DNA of 64,000 bases, taken from positions 33,418,001 through 33,482,000 of the forward strand of contig NC_134480.1 in NCBI RefSeq assembly GCF_964194025.1, written 5' to 3'. The position numbers and the translations under genes are program-made. This DNA is from Convolutriloba macropyga (Eukaryota). Position 1 is the stretch's first letter. Each line of letters opens with the position of its first letter. Shown in pieces: positions 13,633 through 26,563 of this stretch. The notes beneath the pieces are model-generated. The model worked only from the letters and a program-made list of their open reading frames with translations, did not search any database and was not told the origin of the DNA.

Positions 13633-15333
13633 TTCGATAATAGACTATGGAAACTAGTGTTTGATCTAAGGTATCATCTGAAAAGTAATTAATGACTTAA
13701 AAAATGTAAGTTGTTTATAATTCTGTTGATAATTGATGCAGATTTTGATGCTTCAAAAACAGTTAATTTTACAGGAAATAAAACACAAGATGTAAAAATT
13801 TCAGAACTATTGTTGAATAATGTTCTTGTCATGAACTTTCCGATTCAAATTCTTCTTCAAAATACTTTGTTTGAGATAAAAAGTTCTGCGCAATTAATAC
13901 GACAGGAGAAAAATATAGTTTGAAATTGGAATCGAATGGTTTTTATTAATAAAAACTGCCCGAGTTCTTTACAGAACTAAGTAATATGCAAACAAAGTAA
14001 TCAGGTAAAAAACAATATTTGAAACTTTGCTGAAGTGATAACTGTTTTAAAAACACAGTATGCCACATTTGTTGAACGCACTTTTGATACCCCAATTGTT
14101 TGTTATAAAGTCGTCCGCCACAATTTTTTAGGAAGCGAGTGGGGCCAGAAAAGATAACTATTCACCGTTTGGCGTGACTCAACCGCCAGTATATAACCAA
14201 TTTGGTAAGAAAACTTGAATCGCGGTGCCTTTGAAACACGTAAATTGGTGAAAATTTTTATGGATACAAACAAGCCACAGTTGGAAGAATCTGTTTAACA
14301 AATCTCAAACCTTAGTTAAACTGTCGAAAAATTTAACTAAAGAAAACATAATTCTTGTTTTTGTATGTTCAAAGATAACGGTGGTGCCATAAATATTAAT
14401 AATATGGCTCAGACAATACTATACTTCTCGTTAGTTTTTTTTGAGGAATTAATGAGCTCTTTTTTAACGAGTTTTAAAAAACAAAGGTACAGCTTTGAAA
14501 AACAAAATTTTTCCTGCAACGGTTTTTTGCCGAGTATAGCATTGCCGAGCAAGAGGGACTCAAAACTACTTTTTCCATTTGTGACGTAAAAAGAATCTGT
14601 GTTTGTATTTGGCAAAACAGAGCTCTGATACCACTGTTTGCCGTATAACTTATTAAAAAAAGAATAACGGACGAAACTTTCAAGTAACAATTTCTAGCAA
14701 GTCGTCCCTTTGATTTTTACCTCTGAAATGATCGTAATTCAAAAAAAAATCTGCAATTGTACTATATACATTTCATCAAAATAATTAAGCAACTATATTT
14801 TTTTCAGATACAATTAAATACAATCAACAAGAGTTGCGTTAAGAACAATCAAAAGTGAGATTAATTTGATTAATAAGGAATATGTGAATTATTATTTGAG
14901 AAAATGCAATGCGGTTCTTATTTTGTACTGCTAGATTGAACTAATACTTTTTGAAATACTCATCATAATAATCTTTTCGGACTAAAATTGTGTAGTAAAT
15001 TGCGGATTACTTGAAAATAGGCCAAATGTTTATGAAAAAAAAAACTATTAAATCTTGATCAATCCTCAAAAATTGCAAATTTACAAAAAACACAGCTTGT
15101 GCTTGGAATGTATCATTTTAGCAGAAATGAACTCGAAAAAAAAATTAAATATATATTCTTCCTCCTTTAATGTATTTTTAGAACAAACTTGTTTGCAGGA
15201 TATAAGTCGTGGTAACGATATCGCTTCTATTGTTCAACTAATTACTTTAGAGTAAAGTTTGTTTGCATGACAAAACTAAGACGCTTATAAAACAAATAAA
15301 AATTAGTGACAAAATTTTTGGCACCAAATAAAG

Positions 15334-15357
15334 CCCGGGTTGAGGTCGTGGAAGTAT
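15334..15357 (+). repeat. Left terminal inverted repeat
   Basis: Starts CCCGGG and matches the reverse complement of 39714-39737 at 19/24; preceded by AG. Confidence 0.65.
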
Positions 15358-15559
15358 AAACCAGACGATCCAGACACAAAACACCCATGACTCGACAGTC
15401 CAGACAATAATTGAAGTATGAATCGAAACTCCGGGAAATTGTGCGAAATTGTGCGAAATAGCGCGAACAATCAGAAATTGTTCGACAGTGGTTCGACAAA
15501 CCAGACAGTGCGAAACTGCGCGACAGTCAGTCAATAGACCAGACACTAACAGAATTATT

Positions 15560-16414
15560 AACACACTTGGACACGCAGACACGCATGACACACCACANNN
15601 NNNNNNNNNNNNNNNNNNNNNNNNNNNNNNNNNNNNNNNNNNNNNNNNNNNNNNNNNNNNNNNNNNNNNNNNNNNNNNNNNNNNNNNNNNNNNNNNNNNN
15701 NNNNNNNNNNNNNNNNNNNNNNNNNNNNNNNNNNNNNNNNNNNNNNNNNNNNNNNNNNNNNNNNNNNNNNNNNNNNNNNNNNNNNNNNNNNNNNNNNNNN
15801 NNNNNNNNNNNNNNNNNNNNNNNNNNNNNNNNNNNNNNNNNNNNNNNNNNNNNNNNNNNNNNNNNNNNNNNNNNNNNNNNNNNNNNNNNNNNNNNNNNNN
15901 NNNNNNNNNNNNNNNNNNNNNNNNNNNNNNNNNNNNNNNNNNNNNNNNNNNNNNNNNNNNNNNNNNNNNNNNNNNNNNNNNNNNNNNNNNNNNNNNNNNN
16001 NNNNNNNNNNNCACACACACGCACTCACAGACACAAACACACACACATAGACGCACACACATGCACACACGCACACGCGCGCTCACATATACACACAGGC
16101 ACACACACAGAAACACAAACACACACAAACACAGCACACACACCATNNNNNNNNNNNNNNNNNNNNNNNNNNNNNNNNNNNNNNNNNNNNNNNNNNNNNN
16201 NNNNNNNNNNNNNNNNNNNNNNNNNNNNNNNNNNNNNNNNNNNNNNNNNNNNNNNNNNNNNNNNNNNNNNNNNNNNNNNNNNNNNNNNNNNNNNNNNNNN
16301 NNNNNNNNNNNNNNNNNNNNNNNNNNNNNNNNNNNNNNNNNNNNNNNNNNNNNNNNNNNNNNNNNNNNNNNNNNNNNNNNNNNNNNNNNNNNNNNNNNNN
16401 NNNNNNNNNNNNNN
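15560..16414. repeat. Degenerate (CA)n microsatellite with N-runs at 15598-16011 and 16147-16414
   Basis: CA-rich sequence is visible between and before the N-runs. Confidence 0.9.
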
Positions 16415-17184
16415 AATTGGAACATTACTTGATACATATTGGTTTTTCTTTAATACAACTTGACAAGTTTCCGAAAAAAATATCATTTAGTTTGGATAGT
16501 TTGAGAAATTTTGGTTTTTAAGGAGCAGCTACAAAATTAAGGCCATTTTTATTATATTTGTTGATTTTTATTGTTTAAACATTATTCGAATTGTAATGGT
16601 GCGTTGTTTTTAGGGAAGTTTGACCTTGTGTGTTTTGTGTTATTTGCAGAGCAGAAAGACTTCAAAACTCATTTATTGACAGACCAAAGTTAATGGCAAA
16701 TGATGTCTTAACAATTTATACCTTAATGTTAGCGGAAAGGTTTTTTTGGCTTCAATGCAGTTTGTGGAAACTTTTGTGGAACTTTTGAATTATGCCTCAA
16801 TTTGTTGTTAACTTGTAGTCTATTGAATCAGATGTCAGCGTCGTTTCAGCGCGTTTTTTTGTAAGAAGTGCATTGATTGCAGAAAATTTTAAATTCCAAC
16901 GCATCTTCAGTTCAATTTCTTACATAACATCAGCGCCTTTTGAGTACAGTTCTAGTCAAAGTTTCGGCATTTTTTCAACGCATTTTGTACAAAATTTTAG
17001 CGCCAATTCAGCACATCCGCAAAAAAGTTTTTGCGTTTTTAAGGAACCGTAAAAACAATATAACTTCAGCGCATTTCTTACAAAGTTTTACCGCTATTTT
17101 AGCACATCCGTAGAATAATTTCAACGCTTTACAAAAATCAGAATGATTATGTTAGTAACCGGTTATTACGATTTACAATTTATT

Positions 17185-17920
17185 CGTACCAAAACTTTTA
17201 AGGCTATGTTGAACGTTTTTTGTGTGCTCTTCGGGAAACTGTGACCGAAAGAGCAATTCGCACCTATTGAAAAGAGGGCATGGTAACTGAATGCTCGGTG
17301 GCTTTGATTTCCTAAGTACTTAACATAATCGAGTTATGGTGAACATGCTTTTAATGCCCGTTTTACGTTCATTCTAATGAGCTGTTTCTTGTCTTAATTG
17401 GTTTAGTATTTGAAAAGTTATTAACGATTTTCACCCCCAAACCTCCGAAAATGGCCACATGCTCACTGCTCGATCCTTATTTTTTCTTTAATCAGAGTGT
17501 TATTGTTGTTAACCAGTTAATATGACTCGCGATATTATTGCAAAAAACTCTTAAGACTGTGGTGAATGCTTGTGATGCACCCTTCGGGAAATTATAACCG
17601 AACGAGCGTTTGGTACCAATTGAAAAAAGAGCATCGTGGTTCAATGCTCATAGGCTTTTATTTCCTAAGTACTTTAGTGAAACCATTCAATGTATATATA
17701 GCTTTGAAGCTCGTTTTCCGCGCAATCTAATGAGCTATGTTTCGTTTTGATTGGTTCAGTATTTTATAATTTATTAACTATTTTCAACCCCAATTCTCCG
17801 AAAATGACCACACGCTCACTGCTTGATCTTTAATTTTTCTTTAATCAGATTGTTTGTGTTGATAAACGGTTAACATGAGTCACAATATCATTGTAAAAAT
17901 TTTTTAAGACAATGGTGAAC
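17185..17920. repeat. ~353-bp tandem repeat, about 2 copies
   Basis: TTCGGGAAA...CCGAA.GAGC...TTGAAAA and TGATTTCCTAAGTACTT recur at a ~353-bp period. Confidence 0.85.
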
Positions 17921-18149
17921 GGTTGAATTAAAACATTTGTGAGGTACGTTTAGGCAAATTCTTCAATTAATCACTAAAAATTTAATTGATCGCAAATAAA
18001 CATGATCTGAATGTTTCGCAAATTTTCACTTGTTTTCAATTGGGAAATAAATTTAGTGACTAACAACGCATTTTTCTCACGCAAGCCAGTATTCAATGAA
18101 ATTGTTTGTTTAAGTCGTGAAAATTATTTGTCGGAAAATTATTCAAGAT

Positions 18150-20120
18150 TGAATGCTGAAAATTTTATCTTTTCTTAAATTTTAATGACTGAGTTGTGTT
18201 TTAAACAACCAAACTGCTTTTTAGAAGCTATTTTTGTGCCTCTCTAATGCCATTCAAAACCTTGAAGCTAAATTATCAATTTTTGTTGTTAATTCGACAT
18301 TTTTTCTTTCACGATTTACGTCAAATTTCGCTGGATGTCGTTTTATGTCAAAACCACAAAACATCATAACCTTAATTGCGAAGTGGGAAACAACTTCCAA
18401 GTTGTTTCCCACCTCTTCATTGAGATTTGCCGGAAAAAAGACCTCAGATGTGGTAAGTAAGAATATTTGCAACAGATATCCAAGCAAAATCTGCATTTGC
18501 GGAGGAAAGAACTTGTTTTATCATATTGAGAAAGGAGCTTAATTTTTTAAACTTTTCCGAATTTCTCATTCAATTTATGACCAAAACAAGTGAATAATGG
18601 CATAATCTGTTGCTTTAAGACGTGCTTCTTTGGAATGGCTAGTCACAGTCCTGGAAATATTCTTTAGAACTGTTATTTAATGATGAATGCGGAAAAACAA
18701 ATCTTTTCTTAAATTTTATGCCTGAGTTGTGTTTTGTGCAATTTAACAAGTTTTTCGGCGTGCGTTTTGTGTTTTCTAGACAATATTTAAGTTGTCGAAG
18801 CTAATTGTATCAATTAATGGGGTTAATTCAACAATTTTTCTTTTTTCACGAATTCATCAAATTTCTGTGGATGTTGTTTTATGTCAAAACACACAAAACA
18901 TCATAACCTTCATGGTGAGGTGGGAAATTTTTTCCCACCTCACCATGAAGGTTTGCCGTGACCTAGAACGTGGAAGACGACCAGAGTTACACCCACAATT
19001 ACGGCGGGAACGCTGTTTTACGTTGTTTTGCGTCGGTTCCGGAGATCTTGGGCTTCGATTTTAGCCCAAAAAATGGGTACAGAACAGTATTTTGTAAATA
19101 TCTGCTAAAGTACTGGACCAAATTAAACGAGAGTGGTCGCATTTTGTTAGTACTGAACCCTTCTTGGTTGCAGTACCTGGTTGGTTTCCCAAATCCCTAA
19201 TCAAGAAGTTATTAATGTTCAAAGTTGAAATAGGTCGAATTTTTGGGATGTTCTGGGTGACCCAAATTTTCGGTACCACAAAACAGTTCATTTGCGGGAA
19301 AAATGTTAGTGTTTTAGAATCCTCAGTTAGTGAGGAGTATCCCCATATATATTTTCCATAGCGTTTTACGGAATTGAGATGGCCAAATTTGGCTCTGAAG
19401 TCAGGTCGCCATGCTTTTTTCGTCATTTGGTACCGTACCTTATAATTGCTATAACTCCTCGAAGAATGTACCGATTGGGCTCATTTTTTGATATGATGCG
19501 TATCTCGAGCAGTTCTACAAAGAGCAGTGTTGAAGGGGTTTATTTTTGTTCCGCCGTTTTAGAGAAATTGACCAGTAAAGTTGCCCTTGATTTTACCTCT
19601 AGAAGCGTTTGACAGGACTTGGTCCGGGTCCGGTCACTTATAATTTCATCACTTCTGTTATAAATTATACTGTTTTGAAAAACCCGTTTAACGCAGATTC
19701 CGAATATATATACTTTATGTATCATTTTCTGTGGTTTAGGTGTTCAATTTTAGCTCTGAACGTATTGTATCTCTCCTCTCCGGTTATTTGGTACGCTACC
19801 GTTATTTTAGTATAACTCCTAGAAGAGTTAACCGATTGGGCTCATTTTTTAATATGATGCGTATCTCAAGCAGTGCTCCAAAATGTATCAAGGGCGTTTG
19901 TTTTTGTTCAGCGGTTTTTGAGAAATTGGCCAGGGAACTTGGCCCCAGTTTGAACTCCTGAGGAGAGAAACACTAATTTGTCAGACAACATTTTTCTTCT
20001 TTCAGATTGCTGTTTGATTTTAAATTGTTGACAAAGTTTCCTGGGAACATCTGGAACGTGCCCGGATTGCTCAATGTAAGTTTCTTGTTGAAGTATAGCG
20101 TTTAAATTAGAGATTGACCA
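18150..20120 (-). pseudogene. Possible decayed cargo sequence with internal duplications (~18150-18430 vs ~18685-18960; ~19300-19610 vs ~19660-19960)
   Basis: Paired similar blocks, e.g. CCGATTGGGCTCATTTTTT.ATATGATGCGTATCTC twice at 360-bp spacing. Broken ORF-like pieces; no family recognised. Confidence 0.3.
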
Positions 20121-20129
20121 CATGACTCC

Positions 20130-20860
20130 TTGAAAAAATGGTCTTAGCAACTGAATGCTCATCGGCTTTGATTTCCTAATTACTTGAAGGAAACTAATCA
20201 TGGTATATATAGTTTTAAAGCCCGTTTCAAGTGCAATCTAATGAGCTATGTTTCGTTTTGATTGGTACAGTATTTCAGAAGTTATTAACGATTTTTGACC
20301 CCAAACCTCCGGAAATGACCACATGCTCACAGCTCGAGCTTTAATTTTTTTTTAATCAGAGTGTTTATGTTAATAAACGGTTAATATGAGTTGCCATATC
20401 ATCGCACCAAACTTTTAAGACTATGGCGAATGCTTTTGATGCACCCTTCGGGAAACTATAACCGAACGAGCGTTTGGTACCATTTGAAAAAAGAGCTTAG
20501 TGGCTGAATGCTCATCGGCTTCGATTTCCTAAGTACTTTAAGGAAACTAGTTATGCTATATATAGTTTTCAAGCCCGTTTCAAGTGCAATCTAATGAGCT
20601 ATGTCTCGTTTTGATTGGTACAGTATTTCAGAAGTTATTAACGATTTTCGACCCCAAACCTCCGGAAATGACCACATGCTCACAGCTCGATCTTTATTTT
20701 TTTTTTAATCAGAGTGTTTATGTAAAAAATCGATTAATATGAGTTATAATATCATCGTATCAAACTTTTAAGACTATGATGAACGTTTTTGGTGTGCTCT
20801 TCGGGAAACTATAAACGAATGAGCGTTTGGTACCAATTGAAAAAAGGGCATAGTGAAAAG
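20130..20860. repeat. ~353-bp tandem repeat, about 2 further copies of the 17185-17920 family
   Basis: Same unit motifs (CTGAATGCTCATCGGCTT.GATTTCCTAA, AATCTAATGAGCTATG). Confidence 0.85.
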
Positions 20861-22606
20861 GGCAAATTCTTTCATGGGGTCAAAAAGTTGTTCAAATTGA
20901 GCCAAACTTGGCATAGAGTATCCCATGTGTATGTGGAGTGTACCACAAAAAGAACTTTTGCTATAACTTGCCTAGGAAAAAAGTTAGTATTTCATACGGA
21001 AATTTGCGAATTTCGCGAATAACGAATTTTAAAAATAGGTCTTTTTTATCGGGTCAAGGAGTTGTCCAAAGTGAACCAAACTGATATCCCAAACTCCCAA
21101 TACCATCTAAATTGTAATGCGAAAAGAATGGTCCGCCTAACGTTCCGTGAAAAAAAGTTCGTATTTCAATCGGAAATATCGACTTATTCGCTCATTATTC
21201 GCTTATTCTATTTTCAAAAATATAGAAACTTTATTGGATCAAGGAACTGTTCAAATCAGACCAAACTTGGTATGGAGTATCACCAGTGCAGTTAGAGTAT
21301 AAAACGAAAAGAATTTTTGGTATAGCTTGCGTAGGAAAAAAGTTAGCTTTTCATACGGAAATTTCCAATTATTTCGAATAACCTGCAATTATTGAATTTT
21401 AAAAATAGGTCTTTCCATGGGGTCAAGGAGTTGTCCAAATCAAACCAAACTCCGTATGGAGTATCCCCTGTGTGCCTAGAGTCTAAAACAAAAAGAGTTT
21501 TTGGTATAGCTTGCGTACGAAAAAAATTAGTTTTTCATACGGAAATTTGCGATTATTTCCATGGAAATAATCGCAAACTTCCGTATGGAAACCCAACTTT
21601 TTTCCTAGGCAAGCTGTACCAAAAATTCTTTTTGTTTTACAATCTAGGTACTCACGGTATACTCCATACCCAGTTTGGTTTGATTTGGACTACTCCTTGA
21701 CTCCATGAAAAAGACCTATTTTTAAAATTCAATAATTGCAAATTATTCGAAATAGTTGGAAATTTCCGTATGATAAGCTAATTTTTTTCCTACACCAGCT
21801 ATACCAATAATTTTTTTCGTTTTATACTCTAACTGCACTGGTGATACTCCATACTAAGATTGGTCTGATTTGAACAACTCCTTGACCCAATAAAGTTTCT
21901 ATATTTTTGAAAATAGAATAAGCGAATAATGAGCGAATAAGTCGATATTTCCGATTGAAATACGGACTTTTTTCCAAGAACGTAAGGCAGACCATTCTTT
22001 TTGCATTACAATTTAGATAGTACTGGGTGTTTGGGATATCAGTTTGGTTCACTTTGGACAACTCCTTGACCCGATGAAAAAGACCTATTTTTAAAATTCG
22101 TTATTCGCGAAATTCGCGAATTTCCGTATGAAAAACTAACTTTTTTCCTAGGCAAGCTATAGCAAAAATTCTTTTTGTGTTACACTCCACATTTGCAGGG
22201 GATACTCTATGTCAAGTTTGGATCAATTTGAACAACTTTTTGACCCCATGAAAGAATTTGCCATTTTCACTATTCCCTTTTTTCAATTGGTACCAAACGC
22301 TCATTCGGTTATAGTTTCCCGAAGAGCAAACCAAAATCGTTCATCATGGTCTTAGAAGTTTGATACGATGATATTGTAACTCATAATAATCGGTTTTTAA
22401 CATAAACACTCTGATAAAAAAATTAAAGATCGAGCTGTGAGCATGTGGTCATTTCCGGACGTTTGGGGTCGAAAATCGTTAATAACTTCTGAAATACTGT
22501 ACCAATCAAAACGAGACATAGCTAATTAGATTGCACTTGAAACGGACTTTAAAACTATATATACCATGATTAGTTTCCTTCAAGTACTTAGGAAATCAAA
22601 GCCGAT
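20514..22606. repeat. ~2.1-kb spacerless inverted repeat centred at 21561/21562
   Basis: Centre GCGATTATTTCCA|TGGAAATAATCGC. The arms can be followed out to ATCGGCT (20514) and its complement ending at 22606. Confidence 0.9.
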
Positions 22607-22920
22607 TTCAAACGCATTTGAAACGGAACTTTTTGAACTTGGCGAATAACGAATTTTAAGTATAGTTCTTTTTGATTGAGTCATAGAGTTATCGAAATCA
22701 AACTAAACTTGTCATGGAGTATCACCTGTGTAGGTAGAGTGTAGGAAGAGAAGAATTTTTTCTTTAGATTGTCTAGGAAAAAAATTAGTTTTCCATACGG
22801 AAACTTGCAAATTTCGCGATCAGCGAATTTTAAAAATAGGTCTTTTTCATCGGGCCAAAGAGTTGTCCAAAGTGAACCAAATTAATATCACAAAATCCCA
22901 GTACTATCTAAATTGTAAAG
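20860..22920. repeat. ~175-bp satellite family, left cluster (both orientations)
   Basis: Unit GGGTCAAGGAGTTGTCCAAA...CCAAACT...AGCTTGCCTAGGAAAAAAGTTAG...CATACGGAAATTTGCGA; same family as 35960-38870. Confidence 0.85.
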
Positions 22921-22922
22921 TG

Positions 22923-23035
22923 CACCCATCCCCGGGTATCAGGGGACGCCACCAAGTGTGAACTGGGACCACCCACCACGGGTCGAAGTGGGACCACCCA
23001 GCCCCGGGTATCAGGGGAACTACTATATAGGGGTT
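22923..23035 (+). promoter_or_regulatory. GC-rich island with duplicated CCCCGGGTATCAGGGGA and TGGGACCACCCA, followed by a TATA-like CTATATAG; candidate promoter of the SGNH gene
   Basis: Sharp GC rise and two pairs of direct repeats ~100 bp upstream of ATG 23131; polypyrimidine-AG immediately before the ATG. Confidence 0.4.
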
Positions 23036-23130
23036 AATTTATGTTTCTGTTTATGTATACAATTATTACAAACATTTTCGACTCGCTTGTTGGGCTACTT
23101 TTACGGATTTCTTTTTTTCTAGCTTAAACC

Positions 23131-23799
23131 ATGAACCCAAAAAGAATTGGCGAACCCTTTGCTAGTAACCCTGATGTTGCGCAACGAAAGAGGTTTAAAG
23201 AAACTTTCTCGGCTCAGCAGTTACAAGGGCGTATCAAGAAAGAGACCGTCAGGGGGAAGAGTAGAGAGTTCCTTTACACAAATTTTGTAAATGAAGTTGC
23301 CGTCGAAACTGCACTAGTTGGCGATTCAATCGTGGACAACATTTGCTTAAATGGTTGTTCCACCTTCTCGTTATCAGGAGGCGTTGTGAATGACTTCTAC
23401 GACCTGCTACCGACCATGAAGTCTTACGGGAAGATAATTCTTTCCTTAGGTGGTAACAATCTCTCGAGATATAACGGACCTGGAGAAGAGCCAGAGTCAG
23501 TATTGGCACAAATAAAGGATCTGGTGGATGCCTTCGCTAAACTTGAAAATCAGCCAAGAGTTGTCGTGTGCACAGTATTACGGAGAACAAGAGCCAATCA
23601 TTCTTACATTAAGACTTTCAATGATATACTAGTAAATTCAGAGCTGTCAGTTTTCAATTTGCATCGACAAGTCTACAAGAACAGAAATTTCCTGGAAGAT
23701 GGGATTCATCTGACTTTACGAGGGAGGAAAACCTACGCTTGTGGCATGAAAAAATTGCGAAAAGAAAAGTTTGGTGACGACGATAGCTTCCGCAATTGA
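23131..23799 (+). CDS. SGNH/GDSL hydrolase-fold protein (LINE ORF1 esterase / OSK-like)
   Basis: All four blocks in order: LVGDS, SGG, LSLGGNN, DGIHL. Intact 222-aa ORF. Confidence 0.85.
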   Translation: MNPKRIGEPFASNPDVAQRKRFKETFSAQQLQGRIKKETVRGKSREFLYTNFVNEVAVETALVGDSIVDNICLNGCSTFSLSGGVVNDFYDLLPTMKSYGKIILSLGGNNLSRYNGPGEEPESVLAQIKDLVDAFAKLENQPRVVVCTVLRRTRANHSYIKTFNDILVNSELSVFNLHRQVYKNRNFLEDGIHLTLRGRKTYACGMKKLRKEKFGDDDSFRN

Positions 23800-24029
23800 T
23801 TGATACAGTTTTTGATTTTGGGCAAAGTCTTATTTGTTTTGATTCTCATTGATCTTAGAGCTATCATGACTTGTTTTGATGTATTTTTTGATGTTTTAAT
23901 TTGATGTATATTGTTACAGAAGCCTGCTCAAAATCATTTTTGACTTTCAATTTGATAATTTGTCATGTTTTGTTTATTGAATTATTTCAGAATTTAATCT
24001 GATTTTAACAGTTCGCTTTTACAATTCTC

Positions 24030-25010
24030 ATCTGTTGAATCCCTTAAATAACTGCCAGGAGAGTTTGTTGCTTTCCTGTGCAGTTAAACTTTAGAACTTT
24101 CAGCAAATAGAATCTTCAACTTTATTGTAATTTTTGATGTTTTTAAAAGTGCTAAGAGATTGTGTTGCTTTCCGGCACAATTAAATGTAGTTACTGATGT
24201 TTTTAAAAGTGCTAGGAGAGTGTTGCATTCCGTCAGTTGAATCTCTCAAATAACTGCCTGGAGAATGTGTTGCTTTCCCGTGCAGTTAAACGTTAAAACC
24301 TTCAGCAAATAGAATCTTCAACTTTATTGTAATTTTTGATGTTTTTTAAAAGTGCTAAGAGAGTGTGTTGCTTTCCGGCACAATTAAATGTAGTTACTGA
24401 TGTTTTTAAAAATGCTAGGACAGTGTGTTGCATTCCGTCTGTTGAGTTCCTCAAATAACTGCCTGGAGAGTGTATTGCTTTCCTGTGCATTTGAATTTTA
24501 GAACTTTCAGCAAATGGAATCTTCAGTTTTATTGTAATTTTTGATGTTTTTAAAAGTGCTAAGAGAGTGTGTTGCTTTCCGGCACAATTACATGTAATTA
24601 CTGATGTTTTTAAAAGAGCTAGGAGAGTGTGTTGCATTCCGTCAGTTGAATCTCTCAAATAACTGCCTGGAGAGTGTGTTGCTTTCCGGTGCAGTTAAAC
24701 GTTAGAACCTTCAGCAAATAGAATCCTCAGTTTTATTGTAATCTTTGATGTTTTTAAAAGTGCTAAGAGAGTGTGTTGCTTTCCGGCACAATTAAATGTA
24801 GTTACTGATGTTTTTAAAATTGCTAGGACAGTGTGTTGCATTCCGTCAGTTGAGTTCCTCAAATAACTGCCTGGAGAGTGTGTTGCTTTCCTGTGCAGTT
24901 AAATTTCAGAACCTTCAGCAAATGGAATCTTCAGCTTTATTGTAAATTTTGTTTTTTTATAAGTGCTAAGAGAGTGTGTTGCTTTCCAGCACAACTAAAT
25001 GTAGTTACTG
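24030..25010. repeat. ~204-bp tandem repeat, about 4.8 copies, with 3 GTGTTGC(T/A)TTCC motifs per unit
   Basis: ACTGCC anchor at 24051, 24253, 24458, 24662 and 24866. Confidence 0.9.
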
Positions 25011-25103
25011 ATTGATGATGTGTTAAATTTTTTGCTCTTAAAAAGTTCTAAATAAGTTCCTTAGAGTATTATGTCTAGCCAAGTTTTCTGGCTTTTCATT
25101 TCA

Positions 25104-26563
25104 ATGAACAATGACGATGTTCAACTTCTCTCAGAAAGTTCCAAGCTTTGNNNNNNNNNNNNNNNNNNNNNNNNNNNNNNNNNNNNNNNNNNNNNNNNNN
25201 NNNNNNNNNNNNNNNNNNNNNNNNNNNNNNNNNNNNNNNNNNNNNNNNNNNNNNNNNNNNNNNNNNNNNNNNNNNNNNNNNNNNNNNNNNNNNNNNNNNN
25301 NNNNNNNNNNNNNNNNNNNNNNNNNNNNNNNNNNNNNNNNNNNNNNNNNNTGCATGTATTTTTCTTCAAAAAGTGTTTCGCGTTTTTAGTTGAAATGACT
25401 GTTGTCGTTTCTCTTTCGATATACACAAACATAACACACTTTCTTGCGGGTTATTAAAAATTTTAGGATCAAGAAACATTTAATATAACTATGGCAATAA
25501 AATTGTGGTTTGATTTAGTGTTGTGAAGACCACCAAAAGCTTACAGAGGCTCTTCTTCAGAATGAGGAAAAAGTGCGTCAAATGGGATTGATTCTAGAGG
25601 ACATGGGCAACGAGTATGCATCAAAAATTATGGAAATGAAGCAAAAGATCTCCAGTATTGTAAGTTTAACCCTTGTTCAGGATATTGCTAGCAACATTTT
25701 ATAACTCCACAACTACGCCGGAGTTTTTTACTTGAAAATTTTGCAAATTTTTCGTGTTTATTTTTTGAGGGATGTTTTTTCCAGCAAAACGCTAACATTT
25801 TTGTCACTGATTTGGATCAGTACTAAAGGTTCTTTTGTGTTGAGTTTTTCAATGCCCTTACCAACACTTTTTCGTCATTTCCCAAGACTTTTTTAATTAA
25901 TAGGTGAGCAAGACAATTAAGGATTTGGAACCAGAAAGACTCGCCCTGTCCGAAGATACAATTCTTGAGGACAATGTCGAAAATTTCCAGGAGATTGAAG
26001 AGACACCAGAAGTGCAATATGGTCTTGATAACAGGAATTTAGATCATATATATAAAGGACATAATCCTGCCCACTATGGTTTGCATTTGAGAAGGTGGAT
26101 TTTTGGAGAAAATGGGTTGTCAACTGACATGATTACTCCTCAACGCACAATGGCATCGGGACGAGCCGCAGCAGACTCCGAACTCGTTCTGAAGTTCTTT
26201 AGTAATTTTTAGTCACTTCAATTTTAGCCATATGCCAAATAAAAGTAAACGGTTTAACCGAAATTCTTGTTTATAAGAAAAAACTTCGAGGGCTTTTTTG
26301 AGATTAAGTTTTCGCAAAAAAGTAAAGATTCTTATTTTTGGTGCTCAACCGTATTTATGTCCCTTTTTGCTTTAGGATCAGTTCAAAGAAAATTTCCCAG
26401 AAGAAAGCAACCCCTGGCTGCGAAAAAGGCTAGAGCAGCTGCAAATAAGGCGGGACTAAACGTCAAAGACCGATTGGCAGGAACAGGGAAATACAGTGCT
26501 GGAGCGAAGGAAATCAGAAAAGCTCAACTTAAGAAAAAGCATGAGTCAATTCAATCAGAATAG
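25104..26563 (+). CDS. Spliced coiled-coil + BEN-like domain protein A (exons: 25104-gap, 25519-25659, 25904-26201, 26376-26563)
   Basis: GT-AG introns with compatible phases give ...HYGLHLRRWIFGENGLSTDMI...ADSELVLKFF/RSVQRKFP...AKKARAAANKAG, clearly paralogous to protein B. The first exon runs into the 200-N gap, so the start is uncertain. Confidence 0.65.
25151..25350. other. Assembly gap (exactly 200 N)
   Basis: N-run of round length, probably a scaffold join. Confidence 0.9.

Noticed and set aside
15247-16486. Long ORFs in the track (HT/CV-rich, X-filled)
   Set aside because: Artefacts of N-runs and the CA microsatellite.
20789-22061. Similar ORFs on opposite strands (21062-21295 and 21822-22061)
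   Set aside because: By-products of the palindromic satellite.
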